A stretch of 40,168 bases of DNA from Chiloscyllium plagiosum. Its lineage: Eukaryota. The position numbers and the translations under genes were made by a program. Location of the stretch: assembly GCF_004010195.1 (NCBI RefSeq), contig NW_025215322.1, forward strand, positions 1-40,168, in the 5' to 3' direction. The notes below the pieces were generated by a model, which saw only the letters and a list, made by a program, of their open reading frames with translations, was not told the origin of the DNA and searched no databases. Each line of letters opens with the position of its first letter. Position 1 is the stretch's first letter. Positions 11,275-23,321 of this stretch are shown here, piece by piece.

Positions 11275-12738
11275 GGTAAAAATATCAGCAGGTAAGGCAG
11301 CAACCGAGGAGCAGGAAGGTTGACGTTTCGGGCATAAGCCCTTCATCAAGAATAGGGGAGGTGGGGGAAGGGGGCAGAGAGATAAATAGGAGGGTGGGGT
11401 GGAGCTGGAGGAAAGGTGGCTTGGAAGGCAATAGGTCCCAGAGATGTTCCCTAAAACTTTCCATGAGTTTGCTTCCTGTCTCCCTGAGGTAGAGGAGTCG
11501 GTGGGTCGAGAACAACGGACACAGTAGATGAGGTGTTTGAATATGCAGGAAAATCTCTGCTGGATGTGAAAAGATCCTTTTAGGGCTTGGATGGGGATGA
11601 GTGGAGAGGTGTGAGCGCAGGTTTTACACATCTTGTCGTGGCAAGGGAAGGTGCCGGGTGTGGACAGTGTATTGGTGGGGAACGTGGATTTATCATCGGA
11701 GTTGCAGGGGGAATGGTGTCTGCGAAATGCTGATAGGAGTGGGGAGGTCTCTGGTCGTGGGGTCTGACTATGATGGCAGAAATGGCGGAGGGTGATGCTC
11801 TTTATCCGGAGATCAGGGCTTGGAAGGTGAGGACCAGAGGTGTTCTATCCTTGTTCCAGTTGGAGAGGTCTTGTTCAATGGCAGAGGTTCAGTAAGTGGA
11901 GGATATGTGCTGGAGAGCATGGTTGTTCATGTGGGGGGGGCAATTGCAGTCCTTGAAATAGGAAGCCATCTGGGATGTCCTGGAGTAGAATTGCTCCTCT
12001 TGGGAGTAGATACAGCGGAGGCAGAGGAATTGGGAGAAAAGGGTTGCGTTTTTACAGCAGAGGGGTTGGGAAGAGGTGTAGCCCAGGGAGCTGTTGGATC
12101 GGTGGGATTGAAATAGAGTCTCTGTTGAGTTGGTCGCCAGAGATGGAGACGGATAGGTCCAGGAAAGGGAGCGAGGTGTCCGAGATGGTACAGGTCACGG
12201 TGAAAGGTATTAGTGAAGCTGATGAACTTTTCAACTACCTCATGGGAGCACAATGTGGTGCCGGTACAGTCATCAATATAGTGGAGTAAAAGGTCGGGAA
12301 TGGTGCCGGTGTAGCTGCCGAAGATGGACTGTTCCACATATCCTATGAAGAGGCAGGCACCGTTAGGGTCCATGCAGGTGCTCATGGTCTGAAGGAAGAG
12401 GGAGGATTTGAAGGAAAAGTTGTTGAGGGTGAGGACCAGTTCCACCAATCGAATGAGTGGGGAGGAATGCTGGATGGTTTGGGAGGAGAGGAGGAAATGA
12501 AGAGCTTTGAGGCCTTCGCTATTGTGGATGGGCGTGTATAGTGACAGGATGTCCATGGTGAAGATGCGGCAATTAGAGCTGAGGAACCGCAAGTCATGAA
12601 GCAGGTGGAGGTCGTGGGTGTGTTTCGAATGTATGTGGGGAGTTTCTGGACAAAAGGGGACAGGATGATATAGAGATGTGAGGAGATACGTTTGATGGGT
12701 AAGGAGCAGGTGGAGATGATGGGTTGACTGGGGCAGTT
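11275..12738 (-). mobile_element. Penelope-like element (RT, GIY-YIG, hammerhead-type tail), degenerate
   Basis: ORF 11,927-12,592: IFTMDILSLYT, ELVLTLNNFSF, YIDDC; LIYCVRCS..LLYLRETG; the reverse strand at 11,322-11,349 reads TTGATGAAGGGCTTATGCCCGAAACGTC. Confidence 0.9.
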
Positions 12739-13254
12739 TGGGTCAGGAGATAGTCAGTTCAAGGGTCGGTAAGTCTGGTGATGGAGCTCAGTCAGAATGA
12801 GGATTTATTCATTGTTTTGGGTGTACTGTAGTCCACATCATGTAGAGGTTAATTCAAAATTTGGCCATAGTTAACTGAGCTTCACACCAGTTAGAGGAAG
12901 ATCAACATGGAGCTGAAGAAACAATCAGTTCTTGGGGTCTTTCCTTTGAGGACATATCAGTTTCTATCCATGTCAGATTCCTCCAACAACATCCTGTGGG
13001 TCCCAAAACCCCATTTAAACCTGATTTATTTCAGCTCACTGACACAGTACTGCTGGAATTCCTTTGTTAAACAGCGGCTCTGGTAAGGGAGTGAATAGCA
13101 TAATTCTTCCTACGGCTAGCGAATGTGCTGTTGGAAAGGATGTTTGTGTGGGTGCTGGATGTAGACACTGGTGCATCCACACTTAAACCATGGTATTGAT
13201 GTGGGAACCTCTCTGAGTGCTGGTTATGCTGTCTTTGTGTATTTGTTTTTGTTC

Positions 13255-13425
13255 CAGTCTTATTCATCTGCCTTACTACAGCCAGTACTGTGACGACCGT
13301 CTTTGCAACATTCCCTTTGATCATCTCGATGTGGAGTAACTTCATCAACTTGTTTAAAGTTTCCACAAATTCCCGGTATTCAATGGCATTTCTCTCCTGC
13401 CTTCACGTGCTCCAATTGCATTTCA
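13255..13425 (-). pseudogene. Possible death-fold (PYD-like) coding remnant
   Basis: AIEYREFVETLNKLMKLLHIEMIKGNVAKTVVTVLAVVRQMNK loosely resembles the last helices of a pyrin domain; same strand as the NACHT exon. Confidence 0.25.
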
Positions 13426-13544
13426 GGCAATTGTCTCTCTATTACTATCATATATAAGCTCAGAGACTCCTATATTTATCACTCTTTACACCCCATCCCC
13501 ATTCCTTTGACATGTTGCCCTTATATCCATCTCTTTGTTGGTAT

Positions 13545-14722
13545 TGTCGTCAGCGAAGGTTATCCAATATTACAAAGAGACCTTGGTCAATTGGCACAAC
13601 AGACTGAGTGGTGGCAGATGGAGTTTATTCCAGTTTAGTAAAATTAACAAGGTCAGGACTTGTATAGTTAATGGAACGGAGCTTTGTCCAACGGAGACAC
13701 CGAGGGATTCAGGCACATTGTTCCTTTAATGTTGTGTCACATGTGGACAGGGTGGTTAAAACGATAGTTAACATGCTTGCTTTCATTGCTCAGACCACTG
13801 AGTGTAGGAATTGCGACGTCATGTTGACGTTGTACAGGACATTGATGAGGCCACTGTTGGAGTACTGTGTACACTATGAAGGATTTTGTTAAATTGGAGA
13901 GGGTTCAGAAAAGATTTTACAGGATGGCGTTAGAAGTGGAAGGTTTGTATTATAAAAACATGCAGGATAGGCTGGGACTGCTTTGACTGGAGTGCAGGCG
14001 TTTAAGGGATGACCTTTTGGAGATTTATAAAATCCTGAGGGGCATAGATAAGGTGAATAGCAAAGGTATTTTCTCTAGTACAGTGGAGTTCAAAACTAGG
14101 CACCACATTTTTAAGATGAGAGAGCAAGATATTATAAAGGACATACTAAGCAATTTATTTCTAAATTCAGAGAGCGGCTCATGTGTGGAATTAACTTGAT
14201 TAGATTACATTAGATTCCCCACAGTATAGAAACAGCCCAACAAGGCAACACCACCCTCAGAAGAGTAACCCAGCCAGACCCATTCCCCTACATTTACCTC
14301 TGACTAATGTACCTAACACGATGGACAATTTCGCATGGCCAATTCACCTGGCCTGCACATCTTTGAATTGTGGGAGGACACTGGAGCAACCCGAGAAAAC
14401 CCACTCAGACACAGGGAAAACATGCAAGCTCCATACAGACAGTCACCCAAGGTGGGAATCGAATCCGAGTCCCTGGTGCTATAAGGCAGCAGTGTTAACC
14501 ACTGAGCCACTGTGCTGCCCCCTCCTCCCCGAAAGGGAGTGGTGGATATGGGCACAATTACAATATTTAATAGACTCTTGGTAAGTAGGTGAATAGGAAA
14601 GGTTTGGATGGTTATGGGCCAAACGCAAGGAAGTAGGACTAGTTTGGATTGGGAACATGGTCAGTGTAGATGAGCTGGACTAAAAGGTCTGTTTGCGTGC
14701 TTCAGGACTCAATGACTCTGTG
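13545..14722 (+). mobile_element. CR1 LINE 3' portion with nested SINE
   Basis: VMLTLYRTLMRPLLEYCV, LERVQKRF, RLRDDLLEIYKILRGIDKV; the 3' UTR resumes after 14,540 and ends in ATGACTCT-type repeats. Confidence 0.88.
14198..14520 (-). mobile_element. HE1/V-SINE-type SINE (older copy)
   Basis: Reverse complement begins GGGCAGCACAGTGGCTCAGTGGTTAAC; tail (GATTA)n on the + strand. Confidence 0.9.
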
Positions 14723-15644
14723 TGAGATATAATAAACTAACGTTCTTTGTTCAGTCCAATATATTACTCAGTTAAATATTCGAGTGTAAGCCAAACCTAT
14801 GAAGTCGTATTAGATGTTATTTTACATGATACCCAGGAGTTTTCAATAACAGAACTTTATTCTGATAGTTTAATAAGTTTAAATATCCTGTTATATAATG
14901 AATGATCTCCTCAATCTTAAGTTACAATCAAAATGCCTGCATGAATTTCAATCCAAATTATTGCTTTTTTGGGGGGATAATTTATGAAAGTTCCATGATT
15001 CTTCAGATCCTCAGACACAAAGACATGATAACCCGTCAATGATTATAATGGGTTTTTTACCACCAGCAGAAATACGGACTTGTTATTCCATACAGATCTA
15101 TCAAATAGGATGTAACTCTAATCGGTCTGCAAGGAGTCATTAAGTTGTCAGGTTTCATTATTCAATTATAATTGAGAACAATTCTATCAAACAATTCTTT
15201 GAAAAATTCTTTCTCTAATTTTCTAAGTCAAAGTCTGTTTGACTATATAGGTTATATGGCATTTAATTTCTCTCGTGAACAGTTTATAGAAGCCGTAATA
15301 TGAGAAATATTGCTATTTTATTTTAACTACATTGATGCTTTAAATTCATAATATGTCCATGCATTGTTAAATCATGCACATAAAAATGTTTGATCATGAT
15401 TTCATGAAGAATTTCTTCTAAAAGCTGGGAGGAATTGCAACATTTCCAACAACTGTTTGTGAAGGTTTCATTCTCCAGCCTGTCAGGTCATGGCAGCATG
15501 ATCCCACTGCTTCTTCAATAAAGCTTTTTGCCTCTGGTTTTATTCGGGTGAAGAAGAGGGTGTTTTCTCATGACAGCGAAATATTAACCTAGACAATGAC
15601 ATTTAGCAATGGAGCAGCAGCTACAGAAAACAACGTTGCATTAC

Positions 15645-17317
15645 CTCAACGCTTGCCATTTGGGAGCCAGACACTGCATTCCTTCATAATGAGTGTAGCA
15701 GTCACCTACATCGAGGTGTTTGAGTGTGTCATAGAACTCACTCACATAAGATATGATTGCACAGTCCTCAATCCATTACGCTTAAGGACTTTTAGACATC
15801 ACAGTGTGGACACAGTTAGTGCTTTGATCTGAGGCTCAAACAGATTTTGCCATGTTGTCAGGAGTTTCCGTTTATCATTATCACTTGCTGTGTTTGTAAT
15901 TCGTTCTTCAACATTCTCCTTTACCCAATCACTTTGCAGGTTGTTTGATGAAGCCATTTACCCTGAAGTTCCTCCAAGTGCTGAGTTGGGAGGCGATGCA
16001 AGCAGAAAACTGGAGAAATCTCTCAAATTCTCCATCTTCCTTGCAATGGGCCTCACTGAGGAGCTTCTGGATATCCCGAGGTTCTGGGGACAGTAACTGT
16101 GCGAGTGCAGCTACAAACTCTTGGATGATGAGATCTAGGAATGTGTAAACCACACTGCAGATTGAATCATCTCTCTTCAGAAGTTCCATCATGAATCCAG
16201 ACAGGAACTTGGAGGGTTGCTGGATGTACTGGATCAAATCTCCATCCCTAAACACAATCTTCTTCTCAGCGACTCCTATGAAGGCCATCTCACCAAGCTT
16301 CAGTAACACATCACGGGGATCTTCAATCTCTTGGCCATTGTTTTGAAGATTGTTATAAATATAGTAGGAATATAGCTGGATGATGGTCCTGGGAACTTGC
16401 TGCTGTTCCTGTCTTTTTCTGTGAAAAAGGGTCCCAGTGACAGACCGAGGATCCAGCAATATGAAGGGTTGTAGCAAATAGTGTATAGGATCTCGTTCTC
16501 CTCCATGTGTCTGAAATCAGCTGCTGTCATTATCTGATCCTCAAAACACCTGTTGAAATATTCCTTACACTCATCCCCAACAAATCCCCAGTAAACATAA
16601 CGCAGTATGACAGCTGGTCACTAGCACTGAACATCCTGGGAGCAGCTTGTACTAGATTAAATTGTACACAGTGTCAGACACTTCACACCAGTATTCAGGA
16701 TCCGTGCACATGAACTGAGGTTCTGTAATTCTCGAACTGTCAGAAAAATCAATACTGTCATTGAATTCATCCAAACCATCGAATATCAACAGCAACTCCT
16801 CTGGTTTCTTCCAGAGATCTCCTAAAACATTCCCAAAGTAAGGATACTGATCCAGTGTCAGCTTCCTCAGGTTTATACTACAGTCAATAGCGTTCAAACC
16901 CTGGAATTTAAAACTGAAAACAAGTTGAAATTCTGGCTATATTTCCTCCGTTATCCTGCCATCACAAACTTTTGTACCATTATCCAATCGTTTTTCTAAT
17001 CCCTGGGTCTCCAATCACAGCTACTGTACTCCCAGATGTGGAGTTTCTCTGAGGGATGAAAACTACTTTGGAACAACTGATGTTTGTATTTTTTCCAGGT
17101 CTCTCTGGAGATGTTTGTCTCTCCACTCTTCATGGTCCTGGCCTCTTACCAGCAGTTCATCTTTAAACATGTCTACTCTCGTATATTAGCGATGAGCGGT
17201 ACCTCAGTGTATCGGTCAGCCAGCTAGAAACTGATTACCTTCTCATTCAATAGGCCAGTGTTCACATTGTTTCTCAGCTTGTACCTGGAGCATCACCTTG
17301 TGTTTTTTCTGAACACC
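15645..17317 (-). pseudogene. NLR (NACHT, NLRP3/NLRC3-like, shark-expanded type) large NACHT exon, pseudogenised
   Basis: VQKKHK..., DRYTE, ELLVRGQDHEEWRDKHL; degraded Walker A GDPGIRKT (16,989-17,012); FQLVFSFKF; Walker B LLLIFDGLDE (16,766-16,795); KLLPGCSVLVTS; YTFLDLIIQEFVAALAQ; GT donor at 15,643-15,644; multiple stops and frameshifts. Confidence 0.92.
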
Positions 17318-17744
17318 ATCAAAACTGGATCAGAAAGTTACCAGTTCTCAATGTTAGCTGTATTGTCATTACAATAATTTCTCAAAACCATTTCATGATT
17401 TAACATTTACTATTGAGTTAACTGTTGCAGATTTTATTTACAGCTGCAATCAACTGGTGTGGAGCAATTGAACCTGTTAACACAAACACTTAAAAATGGA
17501 CAATGATCAAGAAATGATGCAATAATCAGTGGCGTTTACTCTGTACTCAACATGAAGATTTCAACATTGGTGATATTTTCACTCGGATCTTTAATACCAA
17601 CAATCCACCCCGTATTCCAGACATCTCATTGTAAATCGACACATGGCCTAACAATGCCATAGCAGATATGAACAAGGAACCAACTGGCCCCTCAAGCTGT
17701 GCTGCTATTTAGTAAGATCATGCCTGAGTCATTCTCAGTTGTCA

Positions 17745-18265
17745 AGCTGTGACCAGAAGGATCAGTGCTTGGTCCCTGCTGTGGGGAATGATTGTAACAT
17801 TTCCAAATTTACAGATGACACAAAACGTTGTAGGAATGTAAATATTGAGGATGACACCACGAGGTGTCAGATGAACTGGGATAAGCTGAGTGAGTGAGAG
17901 AAGCGGGGGAGTTGGAACAGAATGTGAATGAGTACGAGGTTATCCCCTTTGCTTGGAGACTTGACGCTGCCGAGCATTTTGTAAACAGTAGTTGGTAGAA
18001 AATGTTGGGGTTCAAAAGGACCTGGATATCCTTGTTCACAACGCACTGAACGTTAGCATGCAGATACAAAAAGCAATGCAGAAAGCAAATTGTATGTTAC
18101 CTGTTGGGTTTTCTTCCTAAAATCGAGATCTCACTTGGAGTATCTCTCTTCAATGAGAGATTGAGGAGACTGGGCATGTTTTCTCTGGAGATTAGATGAG
18201 TGAACAATGTTCTCAGAAAATTTCAACATTCTTGAAATGGGAAAGACAGAATAGATGTAGAAAGC
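17745..18265 (+). mobile_element. Degenerate CR1 LINE RT fragment
   Basis: PEGSVLGP, ISKFTDDTK, QKDLDILV motifs. Confidence 0.75.
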
Positions 18266-18269
18266 ACCC

Positions 18270-18660
18270 ACCGTCTACATGGCACGAGTCACAAATGTTA
18301 TGAAACATCCTCCAACTTTGCAACACGCAAAATGGTTCTCATCTGACAGGTCAAATCACCAACCTATTCTGCATCCTAACCACCACCTTCGAAATTCACT
18401 CCCTTCACAAACAACACCCAGTGGCAGCAGTGTTGCCATCGACAGGAATCACTGCAATAATTTATCAAGGCTCTTTAGACAGCACCTTCCAAACCTGTAA
18501 CCTCGATCACAGTGAAGGACATGGGCATCAGATACATGGAACAATCTGCAAGATCCCCACCCAGTGATACACCATGAAGACTTGGAATGAGGTTGCTGTC
18601 CTTTCACTGTTGCTCAGTCAAGTTAATGCTTGGCGACCAAGAGCAGTCCCCATCAAGCAG
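18270..18660 (+). mobile_element. Degenerate CR1/L2-group LINE 3' fragment
   Basis: NSLP..., CACTGCA..AAT...CAAGGCTC..TAGACAGCACCTTCCAAACC and GACTTGGAA motifs, as recalled for shark LINE 3' ends. Confidence 0.5.
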
Positions 18661-19134
18661 CTACTTTTTTTTAATGACCAAGAAGATGAAAGAACACCAA
18701 GAGGAAGTGATACCCAACAAGTGAACAGAAGACAGTTGCCACAAACTATACAGATTAATGTGCCTGTATGTTCTCCGAGAGCAGTAAACTACTCTCAACT
18801 GACAGAGATAATACATTTTCATCTATGCATCCTAACTTAACAGTATCTTTGTCATGAACATAAAAAGCTAACTTAAAATTACTTGCCAGTTCTCTGTCGT
18901 TTGCTCTGTGACTCCTAAACTTTCCTTTCACACACCACTCTCACTCCTACGCCTTTGCTCCCATATGAACCAATATCCATCCCTATCAATGTGCCCCCTC
19001 TCCCCGGTGACCCAGGAAGACCAAACAACCATATCAACAGCAGTCCTTCTAAGGGTAAGCGCCTGATTGAGAAGAGTTACACTCAACCAGTCACTGCCTC
19101 ACAGCGGTTCCCTGCTCGCTAAATTCCAGACCAC

Positions 19135-20048
19135 AGCTCTGCCAGTTTTTTATCATCATCCCAGACCTCCCCCTCACTAAGGATAAACGATCAGTCCTCA
19201 GTAAGGGTCTCATCTTCATCCCACTACGTTCCCTTGTGAATGAATTCCATATGCGTTGTGATATCGAACTTTTCTTCCACCACCTCCGTGCTTACTTTCC
19301 CACCGTAATTCCCACCCACCCTCCGAGTACCCCAACCACTTAGGCATTCCGTCCTGATCTGTTACCCACCCTCCCAACCTCTATCTCCAACTACTGCTGT
19401 GACATTGACCGTCTCAACCTGTCCATCCCCCTCCTCTATGGGCGGCACGGTGGCACAGTGGTTAGCACTGCTGCCTCACAGCGCCTGAGACCCGGGTTCA
19501 ATTCCCGCCTCAGGCGACTGTGTGACATTGACCGTCTCAACCTGTCCATCCCCCTCACCCACTCCAACCTCTCCCCCTCGCAAAGCGCAGCCCTCGACTG
19601 CCTCCACTCCAACTCCAACCGCACCATCAAACCAGCGGACAAGGGAGAGGGGGCACAGTAATAGTTTGGCATACCAACTTCTACACTACTGAAGCTAGGT
19701 GCCAACTCGGGGAAACCTCCCCCTGCTGCCCCCTCGACCATGACCTCACCTCCATCATTAAACCATCATATCCAAAAACATTCACAACCTCATCACCTCA
19801 GGGAATCTCCCACACGCAACCGCCAACTCATAGTCCAGAAACCCTGCACCACTCAATTCTACTTCCTCTCTGAGGTCCACAAGCCTGACTGCAGCAGTCG
19901 ACTCATCTTCGTAGGTTATGGGGAACATTCCATCTTCAGCAGCTACACCAGTATCATTCCCCACCTTTTCATCTGCTACATCGTGCTCCTACAAGGAGTT
20001 TGAACAGTTCAACAGCTTCACTAACACCTTTCACCGTGACCTCGACCA
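19135..20048 (+). mobile_element. Penelope-like element, 5' RT portion, degenerate
   Basis: PDLPLTKDKRSVLSKGLIFIPLR, RTIKPADKGEG, FYFLSEVHKPDC, FVGYGEHSIF. Confidence 0.88.
19440..19520 (+). mobile_element. Tailless SINE head (tRNA-derived part only) flanked by a 36-bp direct repeat
   Basis: GGGCGGCACGGTGGCACAGTGGTTAGC...GGTTCAATTCCCGCCTCAGGCGACTG; 19,398-19,433 is identical to 19,521-19,556. Confidence 0.88.
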
Positions 20049-23000
20049 TCTGGGGGTTGGATTATTTTGGTTTAAACAGGGCTTGGTGTAGTAATTGTTC
20101 TTTCAATCACTAAGAGTTTTCTGGGAGTGGATGAAATGACTTTGAGGGTTTTCAAAAAGGTGAGCAAGGCAAAGCTGTAGGACCTGGCAGATAGGGAGGA
20201 GTTGTGGTTACGTTCAACTGTGAGAAAAGGAGAGACAATTCCAACAATAGCTCGGCATTTATATTTACTGGAAATGTCATCGGAATCTCTGGAAATGACT
20301 GGAATTCAATTGGAGATGAAACAGTTTGAACATAGAAAAGAGTAGAAACAATTTAAATTCCGATTAAAAGCAGATCAAACAGAAAAAGTGCAAGTCGCTC
20401 GAGCACAAAAAAGACAAAAGGAAAGGACGGGCCAAGGAGAACAAAACGAAAAGGACAGAATCGCTTTGGCAGAATGTTGACTGGCAGTTAAACAGGAAAG
20501 TTGGTTGACAAGGATGGAGGTGAAGGTAGAAGGTAGGCTTAGTGAGGAGAACAGTGAGGATGTGTAAACCATCGCTGCCAAGGATTGGTGGGGATCTGTT
20601 CAATTATATCCAAGCATTGTCTTAAGTTGAGAAGAAGGATGTAGAAGACTTTTTCATTGCATTTGAGAAAGTGGCTAAAGAAATGAAGTAACCAGTGACC
20701 ATGTGGGTTTTGTTGGTCTGAACAAAGCTAGTATGTAGAACAAGTGAGGCATTTGCCTCACTATCAGAGGAGGTATCTGGGCAATATGTGGAGGTGAAGA
20801 AAGCCATTTTAAGTGTATATGAGCTGGAGCCAGAAGCCTTCAGACAAGATTTCAGGAATTTAAGGAGGGAACCTGGTCAAACATACATTGTGTTTGAAAG
20901 GATCAAATAAAGCAATTTTGATAGGTAAATAAGGGCATGAAAAATAGATCAAACATGACGCTCTCAAGATAATTATTTTAGAGGAGTTAATAAATTCACT
21001 TCCTGGCGGAGTGAGAGCTGATGTGGAAGAGCAGAGAGTGAAAACAGCAAGATTAGAGGCTGAAATGGCTGATCATTATGAGTTGATACATAAATCAAAG
21101 GTTGGTTGCCAACAACAATTTCAATCCGGAAGGGATGGAAATTAGATTTAAAAATTCCTCATGAGGTAAAGGAACAGTAGTTCTCAGTGAAGATCATAAA
21201 GATAACTTCCCACAGGGATAAAAGGAATCCCTTTGAGGAGAAAGTGAAATTTAAAAGCTCCGGTGTTTTCACTGCAATAAAGTAGGCCGCATGTAATCGC
21301 AGTGTTGGTGGGTTAGGAAACGCACGGGGAAGACAGAGGCAGGAAAACAGGATAAGACAGTGAGTTTTGTAGAAGTGGCAATAAAAAGCACAATGGAAGC
21401 TCAAAAGCTGCACAGAATGTACAACCTGGTCAGAGGTTGGTTAAGGTGCAAGTGCCAGACCTTAACCCATTTACTTGCAAAGGTAAATTTTACTCGCATA
21501 GCTCAGGAGCAGTAGATAGAGGTTAGAGCATTAAGAGATACAGGATCATGTCAATCTTTGATGTTGAAAGATGAGGAAATATGTAACTCAGATTTTTGCG
21601 AAAAAAAGGTGCTAGCACATGGAATTTATGTCGAGTGAGGTTAGAGTGTCCAGTGGAAAGTGGGGAAGTGGTGGTAGGAGTAATGGATGGCCTGTATGCA
21701 ACAGGAATAAGCATTTGTCCTTGCTAACAATACATTGGGTCACTAATGGGAGTGCTGCCAAAATGTCACCAGGAGGAGGAATCTCAGCACACAGATAAGG
21801 GAGTTGAAGTAGAATTCTTACAGACAGTAGTTGATCAAATGGTTCAGGCAAAACAGGTTACTGGAGAGTTTCCCATACCATCAACGAATACAGGGTTAGT
21901 ACGCTTCCTGGGATTGAGTGGGTTTTGCCGGAAGTTCATCCTGAATTTTAGCAGTTGGCGAAATTATTGAATTGCTGCAGAAACGCACAAAGTTTCAGTG
22001 GAAGGCAAACTGTCAGAAAGCATTTGACAGCACGAAAGCTGTGTTAACCACCGCCCCAGTATTAACCATACCTAATTACGAAAAGCCATTCAAGGTGGCT
22101 TATGATGTGAGTGATGTGGATATTAGTGCTGTACTCTTAAAGAAGATGATGGGAAAATAGAAAGACCGATCGGATGCTTCTCCAGGAGATTGGAAATCCA
22201 TCAACAGAAATATTCCACAGTTGAGAAGGAGACCTTGAGATTGGTGTTGGCATAACAACATTTCAACACTGTTGTTGCCAGTAATGTGCCTGAGTTAATC
22301 ATATATATTGATCATAAACCAGTAAAGTTTAGAGAAATTTAATGACAAAATTTTAAGACTGTTCAATTGCAGCTTGATTTGGAGATGCCAGTGTTGGACT
22401 GGGGTATACAAAGTTACGACCACTTGATGAAGATGCAGCGTTCTGAAAGCTAGTGTTTCCAATTAAACCTGTTGGACCATAACGTGGTGTTGTGTGATTT
22501 GTAATGAGATGGAACTTGTTATTGCAGCCAATCAGTTTGAAAATTATACATGTAGTAGGATGAGAAACGTAATTGCCAATGCATTGTCGAGACTTGAATA
22601 AATGACGAAATGTGTTCAATGGCAGGAGTTAGCAGACTGAAATAGAATGTAGTAGTGCATGTTTACATGTTTATCGTCAACGCAATGTATACGTGCTGTC
22701 GTGTACTAATAGAATAAGACGAAATGGTTTAAAATAAAGCCATTCTTTGTATACGAGTTGTGACGATGCTGTCACTTTTAAAAGATTATTTTGTTGATTT
22801 TTTTTCCAAGAGTGGTTGTAAAAGCAGAGGTGTTGGAATGTTTGGGTTGGAGCCTAGTTTAACAATGGCAGGGGAGTTCTCCCCAGTTCTGTTTTTTCGA
22901 AGTTCTTTTTAATTGTAACAGGAAGAAGCTGCCTTCAATAGCAGAAATTTTACAAGCTTCAGTACTTAGTCCTGACTAGCTTTCTCTCTGAAATTTCTCT

Positions 23001-23321
23001 TATCTGTTAGAATTTGTGTTTGAATTTACCATTTGCCAAAGACTGTTTATGGGATGTTGCGGGAATTGGACAAGTTCCTCAGTTAAGTTGCTGCATCGAA
23101 TTGGATGGTTTTCAACTCGTTAAGTTATTCTAAATTCTTTATCTCTTTATTCATGCTTCAACAGTAGTGTTAAAATAAATAATATTTGCTTAAAGCCGAG
23201 TGGTTTGACCAGCTGCATCACACCTGGAATATTCAGTTCACATGTCCCTTTAAAATAAGCGAAAGTATGGGTGGGCTACCATCTTGGAATATTTTGAGGA
23301 GATCTGGCCTGATCCATAACA
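20049..23321 (+). mobile_element. Gmr1-like Ty3/Gypsy LTR retrotransposon relic, right copy
   Basis: FFIAFEKVAKEMK, KKAILSVYELEPEAFRQDFRNL, CFHCNKVGRM, LRDTG (21,532-21,546), RFLGLSGFCRKFILNFS, LTTAPVLTIPNYEKPFKVAYDVSD, QQKYSTVEKE; 3' LTR 22,759-23,321 (TG...CA). Confidence 0.9.
22377..22503. mobile_element. Short terminal fragment of a second Penelope-like family inserted in the RNase H region
   Basis: Absent from the left copy; contains a degenerate hammerhead core TTGATGA-AGATGCAGCGTTCT-GAAAGCTA (22,424-22,452). Confidence 0.6.
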
